Shown: positions 52,164 to 64,000 of the stretch, one piece after another
Layout: every line of letters starts with the position of its first letter
Position numbering within the stretch: the first letter of the stretch is position 1
Assembly: GCA_043228905.1 (NCBI GenBank)
Contig: JBHGNT010000001.1
Span: 33,790,001-33,854,000 of the forward strand
Source of the DNA: Azolla caroliniana
Taxonomy: Eukaryota > Plantae > Polypodiophyta
Reading direction: 5' to 3'
DNA: 64,000 nucleotides
Notes under the pieces: model-generated
What the model was told of the DNA's origin: nothing
What the model saw: the letters and a program-made list of their open reading frames with translations, nothing else
The model's database searches: none
Made by a program: the position numbers and the translations under genes

Positions 52164-55100
52164 TTATGACATCCACAGCTTTAAAACGCGATCCTTTCCT
52201 CCAGATGCTACCTTCTGACCATCTGGGCTCCAATCTACGGAAAATACCTGAAGTCAATAAAAATATCCATTATATGGTTTAGACTATAGAAAACAAGAGC
52301 CACAAGGTAATAGGAAATCCTCAAAAATGTGCACATATTTGTATGCATGTATACATGTGTGTGTGCATATACATATATACGAGTGTGTATGTGTATGTAA
52401 ACATATACATACCTCATCGGCATGACCAGGAAGATCTTCACGAAGCTTTCTGGTTCTCATGTCCCAGATCTGAGATAGCAACATCTTTAGCATTCAGTAT
52501 TTTATTCACACCAGTATACAAAGGATCCCATTGTCATTCATGTGCATGGTTTCAAATTCCTTGCCTTAAGAGTAGAGTCTTTGCTACCACTTAGCAACAA
52601 TCTACTATCTGCAGACCAACTGACACAATCCAAACATATCAATTCAGTCTTTTATATTGTCTTTAGCTTGGGAGAAAACCTCATTTCGCAAGGAATATAA
52701 TATGTTTTTAACCTATAAATATAAAAATATATAGGATCTACAGTGTGAGCTTTTGTCATGATTGCTAATACTGTTACCAAAAGAAGCATATGCACAAGAA
52801 GACTATAGTGTGACTCTGCAAAGAGCCTACCTCAAACGGGAAGAAAATTGCAGTAAAACAATGATTTATTATCTAATCTTTCAGTATAAAATGCATCTCA
52901 CTCAACTGAACATTTAGTTAATCCAAAACCAGAACAGCATTTAAAAATGAAAAGTTTTCCGAGGGCAAAAAAGACACAATTTGATTTTGTTGCATTGGAA
53001 CACAAACAACGATATTTTATTCAAGATTTTCATCTCTGGTGCATCCACTGAATGCAGATTTTTATCCACCATATGGACATTTGCAGGCAACTGAAGTCAT
53101 TTAAGGTCCATATATGTATGATGACAATCTATACTGCTGATAAACATTTCTTTACATGAATTTGTTAGCTCATGCTTGAGTTCAATCACTTCACTTCACC
53201 CCTTGTCGAGAAGTGAAAATTAACAATCGGCAACGGTTCGGTACAGTTTGGGGGGAACGGTTTGGTTTGGTTTGGTTAAAACAGTTTGAAAGTGTGGTTT
53301 AAACGGTTTGATGGTTTAGGGTTGCCATTTGAAAAAAATTTAAATATTTCTTTAAACAACATTACATTTTTAAGCCTAATTCTCACATTTTAGGAAAAAT
53401 CTTTAAATTTTGTAAAAATTAAAAGTTTTAAATTTTTAAACTAAAAATTTGAATTTTGACCTAACTTGAAAACTGAAACCGAACCACGAAACTGCAGTTT
53501 TAACAGTGTGGATTTTTTGTAACGGTTCAGTTTCAATGTTTCGTGGTTTGGTTTGGTTCAGTTTGGTTCAGATCAAGTTTCAAATTTTTTAAACGGTTCA
53601 GTTTTGATACTCTCAACCAAACCAAACCGTTTCCAACTGTTAGTGAGAATCTCATGCTGAAACACTGTTTCAGGCAGCAAACTGTTTTAGAATGCTATGC
53701 TGCCACCTCCTCAGACCAATGGATATAAGTCATGCTAGTTTCTCAGAGGTCACTTTGGCCTTGGCAAAGATGTCAACGAAAACAATGACTAAATTTTTTT
53801 TTAAATTCTTGAGCATAATAAGAGATCAAACAAGGATGCTCTATTAGCTTGACGAACCCATTAAGCTTAAAGATTAACAGGAACAATTTCTTTAAATGAC
53901 TCGAAATATATATAGATGATATGGTTATGTTTGAGCATGATATAGATGTGGTGGGTGTAAACAGATATTGATAAGCTACAAGATTCCTATGAGATTAGGA
54001 GTTTCTCTTCCAAGGTAACAAATGTCAAGTTTATGATCGTCAAAAAACGAAGTAACATGCACCAAATTGAGACAGCATAGGCATCATTTAACCAATTCAA
54101 GAACAGCATACACACATACATGAAGCAACATCACATACCTAATCTGATAAACGGGACCAACATGCCCACGGAAGGTAGCAACAAATTCTCCTGTGAATCC
54201 ATTCCAAAGCTTAACAGATTTGTCGAATGAAGCACTTGCAATCCATCGACCATCAGGAGAGAAATACACTTGATTGACAACCTGTCGAAACCTTATCTCA
54301 TCATTATTATATCACTTTGCACATCTAAAAAAGAAGCAACCATTATTGCACCATATTACCAAACATACAAGTAACATAAACACGGCGAGCAAAATCCATA
54401 GCATTCAAGCAAACAAATGTTGACCTGCTGGTGTCCTGTCATTCTAGCTTTTGGTTGTTTGCTGACAGCAGGTTCCCATAGAAACATTGTAAAATCATCA
54501 GATCCAGAAACCAGCCTTTCAGGAGAATCTTTCTTGGCCAAGTTGTATCGAGTAAGAGAAGCCTATAACATTATTAAGTAGTAATGAATTATTCACACCA
54601 TTAGACAGTAAAAGCACAAGATTTTTGGCTTACTGTTTGAGAATGTAAACCTCTTTCATTTCATCAGCAGAGTTACACTGCTTGGGCTTGTAGTCAAATG
54701 GCCCAGTTCGTAAAACATACTCTGTGCTCAAAGCCAAGGTGTTTACCCAGTGACCATGGCCCTGCAAATAAAGATAAGATATGATCATTTTCTTGTATTC
54801 TGCTCATAGGTCCATGCATACAATATTGGTGGTTTACCTATAAAAACTCCATCAGATTTTCTAGAACATGTTAACCCCCTCCCTTTATGCTAGATACTGC
54901 AACCCCTATATGCTCATCGTTCCTCTTGCCTCTATTTCCTTGGAAGTTTTTTGCATTTTCCCCAATTATTCATTTTCCTCTTGATGCCGAAATTTCTTTT
55001 GTTCAGTCACATTCGCGAATTTAAAATTTCCATAAATGAACTTCTATAAACCTAGGCCTTGCAACGAAGGTTGTGAACTGTGAAATACTCATATAGTATA

Positions 55101-58100
55101 TTTATGTCATGTTGTTTGATCATGTTATGATGAGACGTATATTAAAGGAAGGCAAAAGTGTACACATAATTTAGCTGTTGCCTTTGCACAATGCATGAAA
55201 GCATATTTATATGTGCATCAGTAATTGCATGAGAATGCTACTGTTTGACAGTGTACAAATGTGATACTTGATTCAATTCAGAAACCAAATTGTGGAGTTT
55301 GCATCATGAGCATAGTGTGATTCAATAGCCTTGCCAATTGCCATTTCATGCAAGTTTTAAGTATATGACATGTGCATAAGGAATAAAGTAACATGTCCAA
55401 GGCTAAAACAAGTATGCAGCAGAGATTTTGCTCAGATGGGTGTGTATGGATTATTTGAAGGCACGAATCTACCACTTCACAATATAAATGCACAGCCTAA
55501 TGAATTGCCATTTCTTGTAAGTAAATGAACGTGTCCAAGTCTCAAATAAAGTATTGGATCAAATTTCTGCTCAAAATTCTGAAAGTTCTTGATCAGAAAA
55601 GGAGCACAAAATGTTTAAAAATTCAGCAAAATAAAGAGTCATGGTGATGGAGCACCTTTAATTCTCGGACAAGCTTTCCTTGTGTTGTCTCCCAAACTTT
55701 AATTGTACAATCCTGAGAGCTATGACAAATAAAAGCAATAATTTGGGGGGGAATGAATAATTTCAGAAGAGCATATTATATGCGTAGTGTCTCAAATTTC
55801 TTCAAGTATTCCTACACAGTAATTACAGAGGTATAACTTAACCAAACAAACAAATAGATGCAAACAATATTGTTTAAACTCTTCCATCGCAACACCTGTC
55901 ACAAAAAATACCTGGAGTAAATAAGCCCCTCTCCACTCCATTTAATGCATGTTACAGCCAAGGTGTGCCCAGTCAAACACACTGTGCACTTCCGTGTCAC
56001 AATATCCCATATGCGAACATCTCCATCCTTGCTTGCACTAGCAAAACGTCGGCTTGGAGATTGCAAATGAGCAGGTTCCCAAGCAAGCGAGGTAATCCAT
56101 TTCTTATGGCCCTGCAATATAATTAACATACAAACAAAAACAACCAAACGGAATGTGAAAAGAAAAATAGATTTGCAAATTGACATAGCTCACAAAATAG
56201 CCATGAAACTGAATAAGAGAGTCCCAACAATCGAATACAACAGCTGATTCAGACAGTTAGCCAAATGTTATAAACATGACTGAGAACTGGAGAAAAGTCA
56301 CTGGTACATATCTACAGTAGCTTATTATGAGAACTGTAGATAAATACAACAAAACAAGAGTGTATACAAAAAATTCGGATCACATATACACATTCAGGTA
56401 AAGGAGGGACTGTTTGGGCTATATAATGGAACCGCAAAATAAGAAATGATATTATCATCTCTCCACATCTGGCAAAAGAATATATAATGCAGGTCTTCTT
56501 CATAAACTGAGTATACATGAAATTTCTGACATTCATGGACTTTACTACCAAGTAGAGATTCCTAGAGGATTTGTTGATCAATTTTTAAATGAACCCCAAA
56601 AATTCACATGGATGAGGTTGTCATGTGCTATGCATTTTCGAGTTGAAAGTTACTTGAATATTCATGAAAATATTCTCAGATTTGATTATTTATGCTTTGC
56701 ACAGAGCATAAATAATCATATCTGAGAATATTTTCACAAATACTCAAATAACGTTCAACTCAAAAAAGAGATGAGAGAGATGCATACATTGAAGGTACTT
56801 CCATCTGTCTTGCCATTCTGTGGATCCCACATATATACATGCCCAGTTTTGTCTCCACTGACAAGATGTTTTCCATCTGGAGACCAAGCAATGCATAGGA
56901 CCCAGTTTTTATGCCCTGTAAAAACAATTTTGAGTACAGTCGAGTTAGTGGAATCCCAAATCACTAATTATTATTACTCCAATTCCATCCAACACTTGGA
57001 AAAACAACGTTTAAATAATTTTAGTGTTGATTAAATCTACTGACCCTTTCCTGATCTTTAGACTTAAATATGATCATTTGTGTTCCAGTGAGCATAATGT
57101 CATGAAAAGCTCTAGAATTCAAAGGCCACTTTTGCATGATTTACCTGTACAAGTATGCAATGGGGTCTGAGTATTCAAATCCCAAAATCGTACTGATGTA
57201 TCCCCTGAGCCACTCGCAAGTTGTTGGCCATCTGGGCTAAAGGATACTGATAAAACGGCTTCAGAATGTCCTGCAGATAAATTGCAATCATAAAGCAGCA
57301 TGAGTAAGTATTTAGATTCTGGAACCGTGTGCGCAAACTGAAATTGTGTCACATAAACGAGTAAAAGTATCATTACGCAGAAACTTACAAAGCACATAAA
57401 AATCTAATTCACGTATTAACTGTTGAACAGAAGTTCTTAAACCCAGTAAGATAAAGTATCATGTGTAATCATTACCTCTTTCATAAATATTCATGATTCA
57501 ATAAAATCTAAAGTTACTCACCCTTTCTAAAGTTTCCTTAATCCTTAGAGAAAGAAACTAAAACAAAAATTTAAAGCTACACACATTCACATAAATTCAC
57601 GCATTTGCAGCAGATCACAGGATCAGCGAACAAATTTAACCTGCTATTGTAGAAGAGCATCGTGTTACAGGACGAACTCGAAAGATTGCCTGAGGCTGAT
57701 ACACAATCTTCAATACCTGTTCCACAGAAACTACAAATGTACACATCTAATTAGTTTACTGTCCTTCATATTGACTATGACCTTAGCTTGTAAAACTGAT
57801 ATCATTATTTCACACTTCTTGAAAAGCTAAGATACCTTTATTTTCTAAAAGGAAGTCTCCAAGTTGCCCAAGAAGTTCTTGATCCTTTACATAGAATGCA
57901 TAAGGAACTTTCTCTTCCTATAAAAAGAGAAATAATGAATTCAATTCTTAGCAGTATAGAAACAAATTTTATAGCACAAAAAGTACTCAATTCCATATGA
58001 GATATTTTTAATAGGTTTGGATTACAATCTATAAGTGTTAACTCGTTTATAACTCTTACACCATCACATATAGAATAAAAATCACAATTATCGTTCACAT

Positions 58101-59534
58101 GGAAATATCACCAATGCCTTCCATTTACCAAAATGGTTCTCATCCGTGCAAAGTCTTCCATGATGTCATCTCGATGAATATTGTTTGTATATCTACAACA
58201 GGCTTATTTATATCTTGGCAAGATACTTAATCGATGAAATTAATTAGAATTCTATTTTCTATCCTTTGCCAATATATACACTAACTATCCAATATCATGG
58301 ATATATCTCTTACATGTACTTTTGACAAACATTGCAGTGTTGATGTACTACGGAAAGGTGCCTTCGAACCAAACAATGTATGCCATATCGTCCTAGCTTT
58401 ATTTCGTATAATATATACCATTAAAACCAACCCAGTGGTCAATCACTGGTTTATGCACGTATAAAACATTGCCGATGACATAACCCAATATTCTATTCAG
58501 AACATACTTTCGTGTATTCTTTTCTAGAGAGATAAAAACAAATCTCCAACACATGTCATGATAACATATAACATACTCTCTTCTATCCTTTTTTACTCCA
58601 GAGAGGGATACAAAATAATTTTGGTTTTCCAACACTCAACCATACATGTTTTTTCTCTTTTTAATTTTTGAAGGGAGGCCATTTTATGATTTTAGCAACG
58701 CTGCATAATCCATATTGGTTCCACTTTATGCCAATACATATATTATTTCGTTATAATTATTGATTTAAAATATGATATGTTAGTATTTCATAATTATATA
58801 TTAATAATCTCCCCATATAATTACTGATTATCTGTTATACCATATAATTACTTATCGTAAGAGGTACTTTGGATCAATAATATCATTATATATTAAGTCT
58901 TCTTCATGATTAAGCATCAGACAATCAAATGCCCAACTTTGCTTATTTTCCAAGACACTGTTGAAGACATATACCTTCTTCTTTCTCTATTTTTCTTGTG
59001 TTTTGACAAAAGCCAAATAATCTGTATACAATGTACTGGCAATATATTTCTTTCTCTTCTTTCTTGTTATAGAACAAAATTATGTTTTTCTTGTTAAAGA
59101 GCATTAACCCACAACAAGCTTGCTTCCCTCTTTTTTCTTGTTTAAAGGAAATTCTAAGTATTTCGAAAATTGCCCATACTGGAAAAACACGCTCCATTTT
59201 TTTGTTTACAAACCTATGAAGGGATAGATAGGTTTGACTGTCTTCTTTGGAAATTAAACATGAAGTGCGGGCGGGAGCTGAAAAATAAAACATTTTCTCG
59301 TAGTATGTGTGGATTTGAGAAGTGAGCCTCAGTGTTCAAGAATGTTAACCATGAATATTGCAATGGAGAGAGAAAGGCACTCACATTGTTGAGGAGGCTA
59401 TTGACAAGGGCATGGAGCTCCAAGGGCCCGACATTCTGAGGGAGGTCAACGGGCTTCCCGAGAGGGTTTCCTTCGGGATCAGACAGCTGACAGATGATGT
59501 TGTTCACCACAAGCCCTGAAGCCACAGCAGACAT
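52164..59534 (-). CDS. NLE1: Notchless protein homolog (WD40 ribosome-assembly factor, Rsa4 ortholog), 13 exons
   Basis: NLE/UBL N-terminal domain: [13 protein letters not shown]...LVNSLLNN|[10 protein letters not shown]...[31 protein letters not shown]40 repeats: [89 protein letters not shown]. Stop TAA at 52166-52164. Confidence 0.96.
53221..53642. mobile_element. Non-autonomous hAT-type DNA transposon (MITE) in an NLE1 intron
   Basis: Terminal inverted repeats: taacaatcggcaacggttcggt versus the reverse complement of the right end, taacagttggaaacggtttggt (18/22 identical). Flanked by an 8-bp target-site duplication gtgaaaat (53213-53220) / gtgagaat (53643-53650). Many subterminal aacggtt/ggttt motifs. 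Confidence 0.8.
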
Positions 59535-59628
59535 GGCAACGAAAAACAATAAAACCTAGAAAATAAGGAAGAAAAAATTTGTCTTAATCTCTACCCCTAT
59601 CTCTTTCTTTCTGCGCGGAGAAGATGAG

Positions 59629-59636
59629 AAACCCTA
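59629..59636. promoter_or_regulatory. Telo-box AAACCCTA in the NLE1 5' region (probably within a 5'UTR intron ~59556-59671)
   Basis: Exact AAACCCTA ~95 bp upstream of the ATG. Telo-boxes are typical of plant ribosome-biogenesis genes. Confidence 0.5.
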
Positions 59637-61299
59637 GAAACGCGTGTCACGCACGCACAGAAACAGAGCACCTGTCGAGCTGCTTAAAACCTCAAGGAAA
59701 AGCCCCCTCCTTCTTAAACACAGGTGGAAGGAAGGACATAACATACTCTCTTTCATACTATAGTATGAACCATACGCACCCATACGTGAATTTTTGAGAA
59801 TGTTTTCAAACATTCGCGAATGGTAAACACCCTCGAAGAATGGTAAATACCAGGATTAACTATTTTTATTATGAGAGGTAAATAAACCTAAAAAAGAGGA
59901 AGAAAAATAAAACACACGAATGTTTAAAATAACATTCTCATTCGTTTTCCAACGTATGAACCCGAATGTTATGCTAGACGAACACGAATTTTACGTACTA
60001 TGCGAGTCTCTTTCCGTCTCGAGAAATTTGCCGAAATACCATACATAGCCTCCAATCCACTCTCACTCATTTATATCCATCCAACCAAAGGCTGCTTTTT
60101 GCTTCTTTTACTCTTCTTGCATCCACAAGTAAGTGTGTCTGGCCTGGAGCCTTATCGGGAGCTTTCTCTACCACCACCAATGATGATCCACCACATTCGG
60201 AAACACAATTCCAAGCCCGTCTGCACGAGGCCTTAGTTCCTCGTACTCACTCTTGTTGTCGAGACCGTTATCGCCCCAAAGATTGGTCGTGCTCCCCATC
60301 GCTTCCCGACGCCTCTCCATCCTGTATCAACACATGTCGGTTATTGTCTGAAGGCAGAATTTGTTGCTCTTCTATCCTCGCCATTTTACGTCCTCATATA
60401 GTGTTACTAGGGAGGGTGGGGGGGTGGGGTAGTATTTTGGTGCCTTGTATGGTTTTACTAATCTAGTTGTGTTGATTTTGTTCGGTTATTCTCGATGACG
60501 AGAAAGCCTTTCTACATGTTACTCTCTCATTCGCACCCACGTGTCATTTTGGACTTTCAAAAGTCGTCGGTGTTTCTTTCTTTCTCTTTGAATATGGTGT
60601 CTTTGATGGGAGAAATTACAAAGCGCAATGGGTATTTTGAGATATTCAAATATATGAGGGGCATATATTAAAATTTCGTGAACCTTCCATTGTCCCATAT
60701 GGTAAATTTGTGAGATTTTGACCATATTGTACATATTAATACAATTTACGGCAAATGATAAAACCACCACACACAATATTGGTTTGACTCTCCTCCCAAC
60801 CATCCACTATATAGTCTATTTCCTTATGCCATGATCATTCCTTTAAATATATCAACTCGAAAAGGCTAACTCATAATATTGTGACAAGGTCAATGATTTT
60901 ACGCAAGAGCGAAGTGTGGATGGATATGTGTCCATAATGTGGATGATATGTTAATGTGAATAGGCAATAAAGGCACCCATTAAGCAACTAGTCGAATGGT
61001 TCATTTACAGGTTGAATATGGCTGAGCATGCAATGTGGTTATTCAATAGGTTGTACTAAAAAGAAAAGTATGATTGGCCACCTATAACTAAAAAAGGATT
61101 TAACTTTTATAGTATGATATGCCAAGAAACCTTTAGGCTTTAACATTGTATCGTCCAATCCTTTGATTAACCCACCACAAGGAAAGCAACCCCATTTGGA
61201 TTTGGTAGTGAACCTTGGAAGTACAACACTGTGAGGTATGAGTTATTTTGGTCTTGTCGGGGAACTTCATTGAATGTTGTGTGATATGGGGGCATGTGG

Positions 61300-62320
61300 T
61301 TGTCGAAAGAAACTTTATCGAAATGTTGGGAGATGCTTGTTTTTTACCAAGAACCCCCAAATTGTTAAGTAAATATCATGTACTATAAGGAAGCTAGTTA
61401 CAACGAAAATCTTGAAAGGACTAAGTGATGAGTATGCAAGGAAAAGGTGTTGAGTAACCAACATACTTGTTGCGAATAAGGGAAATCAGAAACTCCAAGT
61501 CAAATGGCTTAATAAGGGAAAGAGAACATTTCATAATTGCGACAAATTTGGAATATTGTGTGATTGATTAATCAATAATTTTAGAACATGTGAATATTGT
61601 TCTCTAGTGTATATCAATGTTACTATTGTAACAAAATTAATACTCATTATTATCATCATGTTTGTTTCAATGTACATTGAGTGGATTGATACCATTCCAA
61701 GGGAGTTGATTGGAATATGATGCCAACTAGAGGCATGTGTTATTCAATCCATATGGTGTGGTAGTCAACCTCATAAGATCCAATGGATAAGACTTTGACC
61801 ATGTACTCGTTGTTGTGCCATTTGTGCTTGATGTGTCGAACCCCCAGGGTTTTGTGAGAGGAGAGTTCCCAACGAAAAGCGAGAGAGAAGAGCACATACA
61901 TAGAGATAATGTACGATTCAAGAAGCAAGATAACATGATAATAGCAAGCTTTGTTATATTAAGAATACAATATTTTACCAAAATTATAGTAAAGATGATA
62001 CTTTATCTTTGCCAAACTCTGACCCGATCCCTTTACTTCAATTTTGAAAGATAAGACACTTCACAAATGAACCATCGTGATTTATTACCTATATAATGCA
62101 TGAGATGTATGGTCACCATTTGATTTGAGTTCCCATGTATGAAAATGGATATAACATATGTGTACAATGAAAATTCATTATTATGATATGGAATGATTAT
62201 CCTAATGGTTTATCCATTATACTTGATATAGAAGGCCATAAGCTCAAGCCTTTTAAATGTCGCATGATATGATATTTGAGTTAGTTTTGATGTCGTGAAG
62301 CAATTTTCCCAACACCATCA
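61300..62320 (+). mobile_element. Decayed Ty1/copia gag-pol remnant
   Basis: ~61395-61565 translates to LVTTKILKGLSDEY...GKRTFHNCDKFGILCD, resembling the copia gag KILxGLPxEY motif and a degenerate CCHC knuckle. ~61711 WNMMPTRGMC resembles the protease motif WxxDSGATRHM. Many stops. Confidence 0.35.
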
Positions 62321-64000
62321 AAGTCATTCTCAACACCGTGATTATTTTCCCATCTATAACGTTGGATGCACATTCACATTTATATAGTTATTCTTTTTCG
62401 ACACAAATGAAGCTCAATGAGGGGATGTTGCGTACACATATATTAATCGCTCACTCGATGGACAAAGTGAGGCACGCATAATCTCCATTGTTATGGATCT
62501 TACAATGGGTTACGTTAAAATGATGCCCCTAACACCTTTACCCCAACTACGTGAGATCATATTATACTCCACGGTACCTTCTACCGACCCCTCTCTCTCT
62601 CCTCGATATATTTGACGATGATGATGTGATGGAGATGATGACCCTTGCCTCATGTAAACTCAATTGCATTCGATCAGTACAAGAAAATTTGATCCACATG
62701 TTCTGGTCTTCGACTAACTTTCTCCAGTCCTATTTGTGAGTGCATGTGATAATTCACACACATTCTTCTTCATTCCCTTTCATCCATGGTTGATTGGTGA
62801 AACCTTGGTTCATCAAAACATTTATTTCTACTACCATGTTTTTCTACATGCAACATGGTTTATGCTCTAGAAGTGGATATCGAGTTAGCAACAATGGTTA
62901 TCGTTTGCATGTTGATACAAATTTGTCTTTAACATTGCATTCATCTCGTATGTATTTGTTATTCTTGCATTTTTCAAGATTAATTGATCATAAGCTAAAT
63001 ACAGATTGGTTTACATCATTAGAGTAGTCAAGACAATCATTTATAGGTGTCAATAACAATTGTATTACAAGGAAACTCCAAGCCTATTATTTACATGTCT
63101 TGATGATGATCGTATCCATGCAAACAACGTGTCACGTTCTCATACAATTTGTATGTATGCATGCACCCCACATTTCAAACTCAGTTGTCGTATAGATACA
63201 AATAACCTCTTGAAAAGTTATGCTTATGAGAGAAACTTGATTACATGGATATTTGTTATGCAATAATGAATTAAAATACAAATTTTGATAGGTGATATTT
63301 CTTTAGCGACACAGTAGTATGCCTTTCTTATGGATGATACATAGTGAATATTTTTGTCAATAAAAAACTATCACCTTTTCTAGAGCATAGATTGCAAATC
63401 AAAATGAAGGGAGATACACAAAGAGGACGGAAGACAAAACTATCAAGGTAAAAGATGGAAGATAGACCCCTTCATAACCCAAGACAAAAGAATCAATCTC
63501 CCGCCTTGCAAGAAATGAAATCTTAGATGATTGTTTTAGCAATCTAGCTACGAGACATCGCAAAGATCAATTTGCATCTTATTAATAGAAGAAAAAAATC
63601 TTCAATTAATGTTGAAAATATAGAGAGAGAAATAGTAGTGGACATTGGTAACCGACTCATAAAGACACGTCATAATTTAAGAAATGACAACCTCGTTGTA
63701 TCACTTTCCTAAGGAGGGAGGAACTTTCATTAGCAACATGCATTGACATTTCTTGAACTACAAGGCATAGATTTTATATACCCTATATAAATTTTGGGGC
63801 CCTCAAAGAAATCCCCTCTTGATACATATAAAGACAAGGGAAAAGTGAGTGTTTATGTTACAATATACCATACACGCCCTCGCCCTCACATTTATTCCTA
63901 ATTTCTCCTTCCTTGTGAAACCTTCCCAATGTCCACATGAGCATTGTCTACATTAGGATACTTGCAATTCTGTAATAATTAAGCCAATGATAACTAATTG

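Noticed and set aside
59755-60003. Possible MITE upstream of NLE1 (cgaat/tacg-rich, ends tatagtatg / cgtactatg)
   Set aside because: The termini match only about 12/20 and I found no target-site duplication.
62300-64000. LTR/PBS/PPT-like bits near the window end (tggtaaccgactc, aatccccctcttgata)
   Set aside because: Too degenerate, and no paired LTR is visible within the window.

Overview
Eukaryotic nuclear DNA from a seed-free land plant, probably a fern with a compact genome. This is inferred from the many short GT-AG introns, long intronless PLS-class PPR genes with fern-like elongated L motifs, and gene density. Nine protein-coding genes are supported. In order they are: a 33-exon plastid ferredoxin-dependent glutamate synthase (-), a PLS-E PPR (-), an intron-containing class I small heat-shock protein (+), a GLTSCR1/BICRA-domain SWI/SNF subunit (-), a P-type PPR (+), an intronless SET-domain methyltransferase with a transit-peptide-like N-terminus (-), an 1130-aa PLS-E PPR with long insertions in five L motifs (+), a 13-exon secreted proteinase K/aqualysin-type subtilase (-), and Notchless NLE1 (-). 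Also present are a 4 x 207-bp tandem array, a hAT-type MITE, several two-copy tandem duplications, microsatellites and decayed retroelement remnants. The most notable object is the subtilase. It has the bacterial aqualysin motif and disulfide pattern plus two bacterial-type C-terminal modules, not the usual plant SBT architecture, yet it is fully intronised. It is a candidate ancient horizontal acquisition or a gene lost from seed plants. All gene models were built by eye and no database searches were run.
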